A program made the translations under genes and the position numbers. Positions 23,963-32,000 of a DNA stretch of 32,000 bases are shown in pieces. Under the pieces are notes generated by a model. It saw nothing but the letters and a program-made list of their open reading frames with translations, was not told the origin of the DNA and searched no databases. This DNA comes from an uncultured archaeon (GTDB taxonomy: Archaea; Iainarchaeota; Iainarchaeia; Iainarchaeales; DATDZZ01). How positions within the stretch are numbered: position 1 is the first letter of the stretch; the number at the start of each line of letters is the position of its first letter. The stretch spans positions 131,537 through 163,536 of the forward strand of contig CAYJVY010000001.1 in assembly GCA_964373795.1 (NCBI GenBank). The letters are read 5' to 3'.

Positions 23963-26900
23963 ATGGATTATATAAAGCAAATAAAGGACACTATTTTGGA
24001 ATCGCTTCCAAAAGAAGCACTAGTTACTACAGTTGATTTAGAGGGCCCAGAAATAGCTATTTATACTAAAAACCCTAAAATGTTTTTTGAAAACCAAAAC
24101 CTAGTAGCAAAAGCAGCATTTGATTTAAAGAAAAGAATTAACATTAGAACAGATAAAAGTCTTTTAACTGAAGAAAACAAAGCAGAAAAAACAATTAGAG
24201 AAATTGTTCCACAAGACGCAGACATTAGAGACATTTCATTCAATCCAGCTTTTTCAGAAGTAGTAATTGAAGCAATTAAGCCAGGACTAGTAATTGGAAA
24301 AGGCGGAGAAACATCCAAGCAAATTATTTTAGAAACAGGTTGGACTCCAAACATTATTAGAGCTCCTACTTCTCCTTCAAAGATTTTGAAAGGCTTGCGA
24401 AACCATTTACATAAATATTCTAGTGAAAGAAAAAAAATTTTGCAAGACATTGCAAGAAAAATTTATGCTGAACGATCCGAAAACGCTAAGAATTGGATTA
24501 GATTACATGCTTTAGGTGCTTTCAGAGAAGTTGGAAGAAGCTGTGTATTTGTTGAAACCCCTTATACAAAGGTTTTACTTGATTGTGGAGTAAATGTTGC
24601 AAACAACGCAGAACCATATCCTTATTTAGATGCTTTAAATTTTTCAGTTGACAGATTAGATGCAGTAATAATTTCTCATGCTCATTTAGATCATTCTGGA
24701 ATGCTTCCATATCTTTTCAGACTAGGTTATAGAGGCCCGGTTTATTTAACAAAGCCTTCAAGAGACTTAATGTGTTTACTTCAATTTGATTATATTGATG
24801 TATTAGTTAAAGAAGGAAAAGAACCTCCTTACACTGAACAAGACATTAAAGAAATGATTAAGTACTGCATTACTCGTGAATACAGGGAAGTAACAGATAT
24901 TGCTCCAGACATGCGTTTAACTTTTCACAATGCCTCTCATATTCTTGGCTCGAGTTCAGTTCACTTGCATATAGGAAATGGTCAACACAATTTAGTTTAC
25001 TCTGGAGACATTAAATTTGGTTTTACTCGTTTATTTAATGATCTTGATTTAAATTTTCCAAGAATTGAAACACTAATAATTGAATCAACTTATGGATCTA
25101 AAATGGATCTTCATCCTAAAAGAATGGATGCAGAAAAAAACTTAATTCAAGTAATTAAGGAAACAATTCAAACAGGTGGAAATGTTTTAATTCCAGTTTT
25201 CGCTGTTGGAAGAGCTCAAGAAATAATGCTTGTATTAGAAGAAGGCTATAAAAGAGGAGAACTAGATGGAATAAATGTTTACGTTGATGGAATGACTAAA
25301 GAAGCTTCAGCAGTTCACACTGCTTATCCTGAATACTTGAGAAGCAAAGTTCAAAGAAGAATTCTTCAAAACGATTCGCCTTTTACTTCAGAAATATTTA
25401 AAGAAGCAACTTGGGATCAAAGAGATGAAATTCTTGCAAAAGGTTCAGCAGTAATTCTTGCTTCTTCTGGAATGCTTACAGGAGGAGCTTCACTTGATTA
25501 CTTAACTAAAATGTCTTCAGATCCAAACAATACAATAGTGTTTGTTGGATTTCAAGGACAAGGATCAACTGGAAGAAAAATTCAATCAGGAATTAAAAGC
25601 TTTCCAATTACAGCTGAAAACAGTAAAACAAAAGAATTAGTAATCAATATGCGAGTTGAAACAATTGAAGGATTTTCAGTTCCATATGAAACAGATGTAA
25701 TGATTAAAAGAAATAATTTGTTTGAATTAATTGAAATTGGAAAACTAGCAGATGAATTTCTGCCAAAAACCTCTGAAGGTTTAGTGGAGTTAAAAAGAAT
25801 TCAAGTTCCTGCATTTGATTTCAACGGAAAAATTTCTTGGCATGCTGTAAGCCATTTATTGAAGCATAAAAGTAAAGACAATCACTTGCTTTTTAAAACA
25901 AAATCTGGAAAAGAAATCCAAGTATCTAAAGGGCATAGCCTGTTTTGCTTTAAAAATAAGGCAATTCAAGCCTTGCCTGCAAACAAATTAACTACTGGCT
26001 CTCACATTGTAATTCCAAATAAATTGCCTGAATCTCACTCAATTCATTCAATTCAATTCCAAGAATTTGTTGACAATAAAAATTATGTTTTAAACGAAGA
26101 GCTTAACAAATTTGAACCAATGAAAGGTGGAAACAAAAAATCCTTTTTAATTTCTGAATGCAAGGATATGAAAAAACTTGCAAGGTTTTTAGGATATTAT
26201 ATTTCTGAAGGAAACATTGAAAAAGGAAAAGGCAATAGAGCAATTTTAAGCTTTGGAGCACATGAAAAAAACTTAATTGAAGATGCAATTGATTGCAGTA
26301 AAACTTGTTTTGGAATAACTCCAACCATTCATAAGCCTCACAAAACCGAAACACAGCTAAGGATCCATAATAAAATGTTGGTTGAATTTTTGGAACAAAT
26401 TGGTTGTGGTGAAAGAGGTTCAAGCAAAAGAGTTCCAAAAATTGTTTTAAATTTTTCAATTGAAGTTCAAAAAGAATTCTTGAAAGCATATTTTGAAGGC
26501 GATGGTTATATATACAAGAATGGAGGAAAAGGTTATCTGGCTGCAAAATCCATTAGCAAGAAACTTGTTTCAGATCTTTCCTATCTTCTTTTACAACACG
26601 GAATTGTTCCAAGAATTAAAGGTCCAATAAAAGAAAAAGCAAGGGAATTGAATGGTAATTTCTTGAAAGAATCAATTATTTTCAAAATATATTTGTCTGA
26701 AAAAGACTTTACAAAAATTCAAAGAAATATTGGCATTGCTCCGTTTGCATTGCCTTTAATTGAAATTAATTTGAGGAGCTGGTATACTGCAATATCTAAT
26801 CCAAAACTAAGAAAATTAGCTAATGCTTACATTAACGCTCTTGAAAAAAAAGGAAGAAGCTATATTGGATTACATGTTTTGAGACAGTTTTTGAATGCCT

Positions 26901-27274
26901 TAAATGAATCAAAGTTGAATAAAAAAACTCTTGAATTAATTTCAACACTAAAATGCTTATCTTTAAACGACATTTTAGTTGACGTGATTACAGAAATAAA
27001 AGAAGTTTCTTCAGGAGAATTTGAATACGACTTTGTTGTTCCAGGCAAAGAAAATTTTGTTGGAGGTTTTGGTGGAATAATGCTTCACAATTCAGGGCAC
27101 AGTGACAGATCAGAATTAACTAATTATATTCGCACTCTAAAAATTAAACCTAAAAGAGTAATAGTTGACCACGGAGAAAAATCTAAAGCAATTGAATTCG
27201 CGAAATTCATTACAGCTAAATTCAAAATCAATTCCACTGCATTACAAAACCTTGATGCAATAAGGTTAGAGTAA
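23963..27274 (+). CDS. aCPSF1/FttA-type beta-CASP ribonuclease (two N-terminal KH domains, MBL, beta-CASP) interrupted by an intein
   Basis: It has a KH GXXG motif (VIGKGGETSKQI) and the MBL motif HAHLDHSG. The beta-CASP motif GFS/GHSD is split by a 472-aa insert. Without the insert the protein is 631 aa, the usual aCPSF1 size. Confidence 0.9.
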   Translation: MDYIKQIKDTILESLPKEALVTTVDLEGPEIAIYTKNPKMFFENQNLVAKAAFDLKKRINIRTDKSLLTEENKAEKTIREIVPQDADIRDISFNPAFSEVVIEAIKPGLVIGKGGETSKQIILETGWTPNIIRAPTSPSKILKGLRNHLHKYSSERKKILQDIARKIYAERSENAKNWIRLHALGAFREVGRSCVFVETPYTKVLLDCGVNVANNAEPYPYLDALNFSVDRLDAVIISHAHLDHSGMLPYLFRLGYRGPVYLTKPSRDLMCLLQFDYIDVLVKEGKEPPYTEQDIKEMIKYCITREYREVTDIAPDMRLTFHNASHILGSSSVHLHIGNGQHNLVYSGDIKFGFTRLFNDLDLNFPRIETLIIESTYGSKMDLHPKRMDAEKNLIQVIKETIQTGGNVLIPVFAVGRAQEIMLVLEEGYKRGELDGINVYVDGMTKEASAVHTAYPEYLRSKVQRRILQNDSPFTSEIFKEATWDQRDEILAKGSAVILASSGMLTGGASLDYLTKMSSDPNNTIVFVGFQGQGSTGRKIQSGIKSFPITAENSKTKELVINMRVETIEGFSVPYETDVMIKRNNLFELIEIGKLADEFLPKTSEGLVELKRIQVPAFDFNGKISWHAVSHLLKHKSKDNHLLFKTKSGKEIQVSKGHSLFCFKNKAIQALPANKLTTGSHIVIPNKLPESHSIHSIQFQEFVDNKNYVLNEELNKFEPMKGGNKKSFLISECKDMKKLARFLGYYISEGNIEKGKGNRAILSFGAHEKNLIEDAIDCSKTCFGITPTIHKPHKTETQLRIHNKMLVEFLEQIGCGERGSSKRVPKIVLNFSIEVQKEFLKAYFEGDGYIYKNGGKGYLAAKSISKKLVSDLSYLLLQHGIVPRIKGPIKEKARELNGNFLKESIIFKIYLSEKDFTKIQRNIGIAPFALPLIEINLRSWYTAISNPKLRKLANAYINALEKKGRSYIGLHVLRQFLNALNESKLNKKTLELISTLKCLSLNDILVDVITEIKEVSSGEFEYDFVVPGKENFVGGFGGIMLHNSGHSDRSELTNYIRTLKIKPKRVIVDHGEKSKAIEFAKFITAKFKINSTALQNLDAIRLE
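25676..27091 (+). mobile_element. Intein (Ser1 ... HN / Ser+1) with LAGLIDADG homing-endonuclease domain, inside aCPSF1
   Basis: The blocks are A SVPYETDVMI, B SKGHSLF, and LAGLIDADG motifs LARFLGYYISEGN and FLKAYFEGDGYI. Blocks F/G read EYDFVVPGKENFVGGFGGIMLHN followed by SGHSD. The insert is in frame at 1416 nt. Confidence 0.85.
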
Positions 27275-27510
27275 CGCCGCTGACTTTTTGCGATTTTCTG
27301 AGATAGGTACATTTGTAAGAGAGTCTTTAACCAAAATAACCACTTCTTCTTTAGGATTTTCTAATTGTCCAGTAAAGGAGTAATTAATAAAGATCCAATT
27401 AACAAAAACCCAGAAACAACCATTAAAAAATTTATCAAAATCATTTTCAAAATTAGTATTTTATTACATATTTAAGCTTATTGAACTAAAGAGACAAATT
27501 GTAATATTAT

Positions 27511-27765
27511 TTATTCTTTTAATAATTTATCTGGGTTGATTTTGAAGTCTAGTTTTTTTAAAGGTATGTCATATGATTTTAATCTGTTTTTGATTGTTGA
27601 AAGAACCTCATAATAAGCCAGCACTCTTCCTTCTTGAAATAATTTGTCTTCTTTCTTTTTAGCAGTTTTAACATCTTTTTTGGCTTCAATAGCGTAATCT
27701 GTCAAAGACATTATTATATCTGCTAAAACACCACTATACTCATTTTCTTTTTTCATTTTCAACAA
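27511..27765 (-). CDS. Hypothetical small helical protein
   Basis: This 84-aa ORF is isolated between two longer intergenic regions. I recognise no family. Confidence 0.35.
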   Translation of the reverse strand: MLKMKKENEYSGVLADIIMSLTDYAIEAKKDVKTAKKKEDKLFQEGRVLAYYEVLSTIKNRLKSYDIPLKKLDFKINPDKLLKE

Positions 27766-27977
27766 AATATTGTTCTACCAATATTCTTATTAAATCATAA
27801 AGGATGGACTGCTGGAAAAACCCGCGCAATAATTAATTCTCTTATTACATCTAAAACAGTGAAATCAAAAAAATTACTTAAAAATGGTGGAGCAGTAAAA
27901 CTGGTTAAATTAATTGACTAGTTTTATCTAATTTTTTCAACTTACATTTTAAATTGTTTTTGTAATGAAAACTTTTA

Positions 27978-28685
27978 ATGCCGGAATTTTTTTTTATTGA
28001 ATGTGATGGAAAAGTTTTCTTAATTGAAAAAAATAATAAATTAATTTTTCCTTCACGTAAAAAAGAATTTAATTTTAAAATAAATATTTTAAGAGAGTTT
28101 TCTTTGCATGAATCCAAGTTTTTTTTCTGTGAACCAGTTTTAGAAAAATATCCAGATGAATGGTTGTTTAAAAAAGATGCCTTGCTTTCAGATAAGTCTT
28201 CTAAAATAGTGAAAGAAGCAATTTATTTTACTTCTTTTACTTGGGTTGTTGGAAGAGCAGTTGTAGTTGACGGCAAAGGAAAAATGCTTGTATTAAAAGG
28301 GGGCAGAGGAATAAATAAAGGAAATTTCACTACTCCTGGAGGAATAGTTGTTTACGGTGAAACAACTCAAGAAACCGCTTTGCGGGAATGCATAGAAGAA
28401 TGCGGTTTAAAAATTGAAATAATTAAATTACTTGGGATATTGGATGGCTTGGATAAAATTGGAATGCAAAGAGTTACCTTTGTTTATTTATGTAAACCAA
28501 TTTCCGGCAAGCTTTCTCCAAACATGGATGATGTAGTTGAAGCAAAATGGATGCCAATAAAAGATGCTCTTGAAAAATTTTCATATTATTCTTTTAATGT
28601 TTTCAAGAACTGGATTCAAGTCAATCCAAAAGAAGCAAAAAAATTAACTGGATTTAATTTTGAGAAGCAAGCAAGCCGGCAGTGA
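27978..28685 (+). CDS. NUDIX hydrolase with ~95-aa N-terminal extension
   Basis: It has the Nudix box GGIVVYGETTQETALRECIEECGL (GX5EX7REUXEEXGU). Confidence 0.8.
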   Translation: MPEFFFIECDGKVFLIEKNNKLIFPSRKKEFNFKINILREFSLHESKFFFCEPVLEKYPDEWLFKKDALLSDKSSKIVKEAIYFTSFTWVVGRAVVVDGKGKMLVLKGGRGINKGNFTTPGGIVVYGETTQETALRECIEECGLKIEIIKLLGILDGLDKIGMQRVTFVYLCKPISGKLSPNMDDVVEAKWMPIKDALEKFSYYSFNVFKNWIQVNPKEAKKLTGFNFEKQASRQ

Positions 28686-28889
28686 AATGAGGGCTTAACC
28701 TTTAAAGCTTTTTCCAATTGTGAACAATTCCTTTTTATTTCTTTCTGTTAACTTCTTTAATATAAATTATATATTTAGATATATAAATCGATTTTTCTCC
28801 TGAGCGTGAAAAGAGTTGTTAAACAATTTCCATATTTTAGTGTATTAACTTAAGTTAACTTGTAGAGATCTCTCTGGAGAAGCTTTTCT

Positions 28890-28969
28890 TTGGAAAAGAA
28901 AACCTTGGAAAAGAAACATGCCTTGGAAAATGCTTTGAAAAAAGCATTGGAAAAGAAATTGAAAAGAAA
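28890..28969 (+). repeat. Tandem array of the 12-mer TTGGAAAAGAAA (3 perfect and 3 degenerate copies) in the rpoH leader/promoter region
   Basis: Perfect copies lie at 28890-28901, 28905-28916 and 28947-28958. Degenerate copies start at 28923, 28935 and 28959. Spacing is 12-18 bp, and the array ends 9 nt before the rpoH ATG. Confidence 0.8.
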
Positions 28970-28978
28970 TTTGAGGGA

Positions 28979-29218
28979 ATGATTTTGACTCTAGAATCTC
29001 TTTTAGAACATGTTTTGGTTCCGAAACACGAAGTAGTTCCAAGAACTCAAGTTCAAGAAGTATTAGAAAAATATGGAATTACTTTGGAAAAACTTGCTTT
29101 AATTTCTGTTGATGATCCAATTGTAACTGAATTGCAAGCAGATAAAGGAGATTTAATTAAAGTTACTCGTTTTAGTCATACTGCTGGGGAAAGCATTTAT
29201 TTTAGATTAGTTGGTTAA
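28979..29218 (+). CDS. rpoH: DNA-directed RNA polymerase subunit H (Rpo5)
   Basis: It reads LEHVLVPKHEVVP...LALISVDDPIV...GDLIKVTRFSHTAGESIYFRLV, the canonical RpoH pattern. It lies immediately upstream of rpoB. Confidence 0.9.
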   Translation: MILTLESLLEHVLVPKHEVVPRTQVQEVLEKYGITLEKLALISVDDPIVTELQADKGDLIKVTRFSHTAGESIYFRLVG

Positions 29219-29231
29219 AGGAGAGATTGAA

Positions 29232-32000
29232 TTGAATAACTTGGAATTAATTGATGCTTATTATAGAAGTAAAAAAATTTCTAAAATGGAAATTGATTCT
29301 TTTAATCAATTCTTGGATTTAAAATTAAATGAAATAGTTGATGAAAATAAATTTGTTTCTCCTAAAATGGAGGAAGTAAGAATAGAGTTATCAAAAATAG
29401 AGGTTTTAAAGCCAAGAATAATTGAAGCAGATGGTTCTCCTAGATCAAACTTTTTTCCAATGGAGGCTCGTTTAAGAAACAGAACTTATGCTTCCCCGAT
29501 TTTTTTAACAATGACTTTGCTTAGAAGAGATGTAGAACAAGACGTAAAAAAAGCTTATATTGGGGATCTTCCAGTAATGCTTAAATCAAATCGTTGTTGG
29601 CTTGAAGGAAAATCAGATGAAGAATTAGTTGAAATGGGTGAAGATCCATTAGATTTTGGTGGATACTTTATTATTAATGGATCTGAAAAAGCTTTAATGA
29701 CTCAAGAAGTTTTGGCTTCAGATAGAGTAATGATTGCTGAATCATCTCAAGAGAAAACAATTTCTGAAGTGATTTCAACTCGAGGAGCATTTAAGGGAAG
29801 GACAAGAGTAATTCGTTCTCCAGACGGAACATTAAATGTTACTTTTCCTGCTTCTCCAAAAAAATTAAACTTATATGTTTTATTAAAAGCTTTAGGAATG
29901 AAGTCAACTAATCAAATAACTGATGCTTTTAGTGACTTAAAAGAAATTAGAAACGATGTATTAATTAATTTTGAAAATCTTGACGTTAAAGATGAAGAAG
30001 AAGCATTAGATAAAATTGGAAAATATGTTGCTCCAGGACAAGTAATTGATTATAGATTGAAAAGAGCTCAAGAAGTAGTAGACGCATTTTTATTGCCTCA
30101 TATTGGGCAAAACCCTGAAGACAGATTAGCTAAAGCATACTTTTTATGCATGATGGCTGAAAAAGCAATTGAAAAAGCTAATGGTTTAAGAGGCGAAGAC
30201 GATAAAGATCATTATGCTAATAAAAGAGTTGAATTAAGTGGAAAATTAATGGAGCACTTATTTAGATATGCATTCAAATATTTTATCAAGGACTTGAAAT
30301 TCCAAATTGACAGAACTATTACTCGTAGAAGAAAACTAAACATTTCAACTGTTGTTCGCCCAGGAGCTGTAACTGAAAGAATTCGTTTTGCAATGTCTAC
30401 TGGAAACTGGATTGGCAGAGCAACAGGAGTAAGCAAATTCATGGACAGAGTTAATTACATTGCTCCTTTAACTGATTTAAGAAAAGTTAAATCTCCTTTA
30501 GATAAAAGTCGAGAATTATATGAAGCAAGAGATGTTCATGGAACTCATTGGGGTAGACTTGATTGCATTGAAACTCCTGATGGGCCTCAATGCGTTTCTC
30601 CTGAAACTGAAATGCTTTTAGATGATTATACTGCAATTCAAATAAAAGATTTTGAAGAAATTTGGAGAAACAAAAAAATTTCTTCAATTGATTGGAATAA
30701 AGAAGATAAAAGTGAAGTTAAATCCAGTATTGCTAGATTCATTAAGTTAACTCCAAATAAAAAGGTTTTCAAGATTAAAACTAAGGAAACTGGAAGAGAA
30801 TTAATTGCTACAATTGATCATCCTTTTTACTCTGAATTGAAAGGAAAAACAGATTTAAGCAATTTGCATGAAGGAGAAAGAGTTGCTGTTTTGCCAATTA
30901 AAGCACTTAAATTTGAAAAACCTGTAAAAGAATTAATTTTATCAGAGCAAGACATTATTAATGCATGTCCAGAAAAATCTGATCAAGAACACATTTTAAA
31001 TGAATTAAAATCAAAAAACTTAATTCCGTTTTATTCAGATAATGAAAACATTTTAATTGCTTCAAAAATTTTAGGCCATTTATTTGGAGATGGAAGCTTA
31101 ACTCTTTCAATGAAAAAATTTAAATCCAATTATGCAATTGTTTTTTCTGGAAACAAAGGAGATCTTGAAGACATTTCATTAGATGTTAAAAAACTTGGCT
31201 TTAATGCTTCAAAAATTTCTCAATTAAAAAGAAAATCTATTTTAACTAATGGAAGAATAATTGAAGGAACATCTACTTTAATGCATTGTTATTCAAAGCC
31301 TTTATGGGTTTTCTTTAAAGCTTTGGGAGCGCCAAATGGGGACAAAGTTTTAACAGAATATTCAATTCCTGCATGGATTAAAAATCAAAGAAAAATTGTA
31401 GTAAAAGAATTTTTATCTGCATATTTTGGAAGCGAAATGACTAAACCGCAAGTAGATAAAAGAGATGAAAAAATATTTTTACAGCCAACGTTTTCATTGA
31501 ATAAATCAAAGGACTTGGTTTTAAGTGGAATTAAATTCACTGAAGAATTAAAGGAACTTCTTTCATTATTTGATGTGAACATTTCTAAAACAAAAATTGT
31601 TGACTGTATTCAAAGAAAATCAGGTATTGAAACAAGAAAAATTAAAGTGTTATTTTCTTCCAAGATAGATTCTTTGCTTAATTTGTTTGGATTAATTGGA
31701 TTCAATTATTGTAGAGAAAGAAATAGTTTGGCAAGACTTGCATTTGAATATCTTTTAACTAAAAAAACTTTAATTGAAAAAAGAACTTTATTACAACAAT
31801 CAACAATTAATTTGTCTAATAAAGGCTTTAATGAACAACAAATTTTAAGTGAATTAAAACAAGGCCTGCGATTACATGATGTACTTAATTGGGTTAAAAA
31901 ATCTAAACAAGGAGATGAAATTTCTCCAAGAGTTTCAGAAATTGATTTCCCTAAATTTGATGAATGGATTAGAAGTCATGCGATTTCCGAAAATGGTTTG
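29232..32000 (+). CDS. rpoB: DNA-directed RNA polymerase subunit B (Rpo2), 5' part, interrupted by an intein; runs off the window
   Basis: I read the frame as open from TTG 29232, after AGGAGAG, to 32000. The track omits it because it has no stop in the window. Supporting segments are the N-terminus MEIDSFNQFLD, then GGYFIINGSEKALMTQE, DDKDHYANKRVELSG and HGTHWGRLDCIETPDGPQ followed by the intein. Confidence 0.9.
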   Translation, partial: MNNLELIDAYYRSKKISKMEIDSFNQFLDLKLNEIVDENKFVSPKMEEVRIELSKIEVLKPRIIEADGSPRSNFFPMEARLRNRTYASPIFLTMTLLRRDVEQDVKKAYIGDLPVMLKSNRCWLEGKSDEELVEMGEDPLDFGGYFIINGSEKALMTQEVLASDRVMIAESSQEKTISEVISTRGAFKGRTRVIRSPDGTLNVTFPASPKKLNLYVLLKALGMKSTNQITDAFSDLKEIRNDVLINFENLDVKDEEEALDKIGKYVAPGQVIDYRLKRAQEVVDAFLLPHIGQNPEDRLAKAYFLCMMAEKAIEKANGLRGEDDKDHYANKRVELSGKLMEHLFRYAFKYFIKDLKFQIDRTITRRRKLNISTVVRPGAVTERIRFAMSTGNWIGRATGVSKFMDRVNYIAPLTDLRKVKSPLDKSRELYEARDVHGTHWGRLDCIETPDGPQCVSPETEMLLDDYTAIQIKDFEEIWRNKKISSIDWNKEDKSEVKSSIARFIKLTPNKKVFKIKTKETGRELIATIDHPFYSELKGKTDLSNLHEGERVAVLPIKALKFEKPVKELILSEQDIINACPEKSDQEHILNELKSKNLIPFYSDNENILIASKILGHLFGDGSLTLSMKKFKSNYAIVFSGNKGDLEDISLDVKKLGFNASKISQLKRKSILTNGRIIEGTSTLMHCYSKPLWVFFKALGAPNGDKVLTEYSIPAWIKNQRKIVVKEFLSAYFGSEMTKPQVDKRDEKIFLQPTFSLNKSKDLVLSGIKFTEELKELLSLFDVNISKTKIVDCIQRKSGIETRKIKVLFSSKIDSLLNLFGLIGFNYCRERNSLARLAFEYLLTKKTLIEKRTLLQQSTINLSNKGFNEQQILSELKQGLRLHDVLNWVKKSKQGDEISPRVSEIDFPKFDEWIRSHAISENGL
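30591..32000 (+). mobile_element. Intein (Cys1) with LAGLIDADG domain inside rpoB, C-terminal end beyond the window
   Basis: It follows the conserved IETPDGPQ. The blocks are A CVSPETEMLLDD and B ATIDHPFY, with LAGLIDADG-like ILGHLFGDGSL and FLSAYFGSEM. At least 470 codons pass without reaching an HN/+1 junction. Confidence 0.8.

Noticed and set aside
24061-27312. Antisense ORFs within aCPSF1 and its intein: 24061-24450, 24522-24710, 26103-26546, 26860-27048 and 27124-27312.
   Set aside because: They are embedded in a continuous 1103-codon frame with strong homology signatures, and they have no independent signals.
27361-27444. 27-codon hydrophobic minus-strand ORF (MILINFLMVVSGFLLIGSLLITPLLDN) downstream of the 84-aa ORF, considered as a possible type I toxin-like peptide.
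   Set aside because: It has no SD and I can assess no conservation. AT-rich sequence readily yields short hydrophobic ORFs, so it is not reportable as a gene without homologues or expression data.
28890-28969. CRISPR array.
   Set aside because: The repeats are only 12 nt and are essentially contiguous, with no 25-50 nt unique spacers. No cas genes are present.
28859-28978. N-terminal extension of rpoH through the repeat array. The frame is open and in frame with the ATG at 28979.
   Set aside because: No ATG, GTG or TTG occurs in that frame upstream of 28979. A 79-aa RpoH matches the usual size, and the would-be extension is repeat-derived (GKENLGKETCLGKCFEKSIGKEIEKK).
28845-29042. Minus-strand 65-aa ORF rich in FQ repeats.
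   Set aside because: It is an antisense translation of the tandem 12-mer array and of the rpoH start, and it has no supporting signals.

Overview
This is an AT-rich archaeal chromosome segment, roughly 30% G+C by eye. It is densely packed and dominated by information-processing genes. These are both PolD subunits, rpoH and rpoB, aCPSF1/FttA, proteasome beta, NAC, an FKBP isomerase, ScpB, SepF and endonuclease III. The gene content, many orphan secreted or membrane proteins and strong GGTGA-type Shine-Dalgarno sites fit a small-genome (DPANN-like) archaeon, though that placement is inference.

Features the ORF track does not explain:
- **GC-rich island (131-406).** About 270 bp at roughly 60% G+C, built from back-to-back perfect hairpins and internal direct repeats. 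It has no credible CDS and I could not place it in any RNA family.
- **Accessory islet (7.4-10.7 kb).** It holds a solo TnpB with an intact RuvC triad, an AbiEi/AbiEii module and a frameshifted nuclease remnant.
- **PolD spacer (17918-18018).** A structured 101-nt spacer with a tandem 15-mer lies between the two PolD genes. It shares sequence motifs with the GC island.
- **Two large LAGLIDADG inteins.** Both sit in active-site motifs of transcription proteins: aCPSF1 (Ser1 intein) and RpoB (Cys1 intein, running off the window).
- **12-mer array upstream of rpoH.** A tandem array of TTGGAAAAGAAA.

No rRNA, tRNA or CRISPR array was found.
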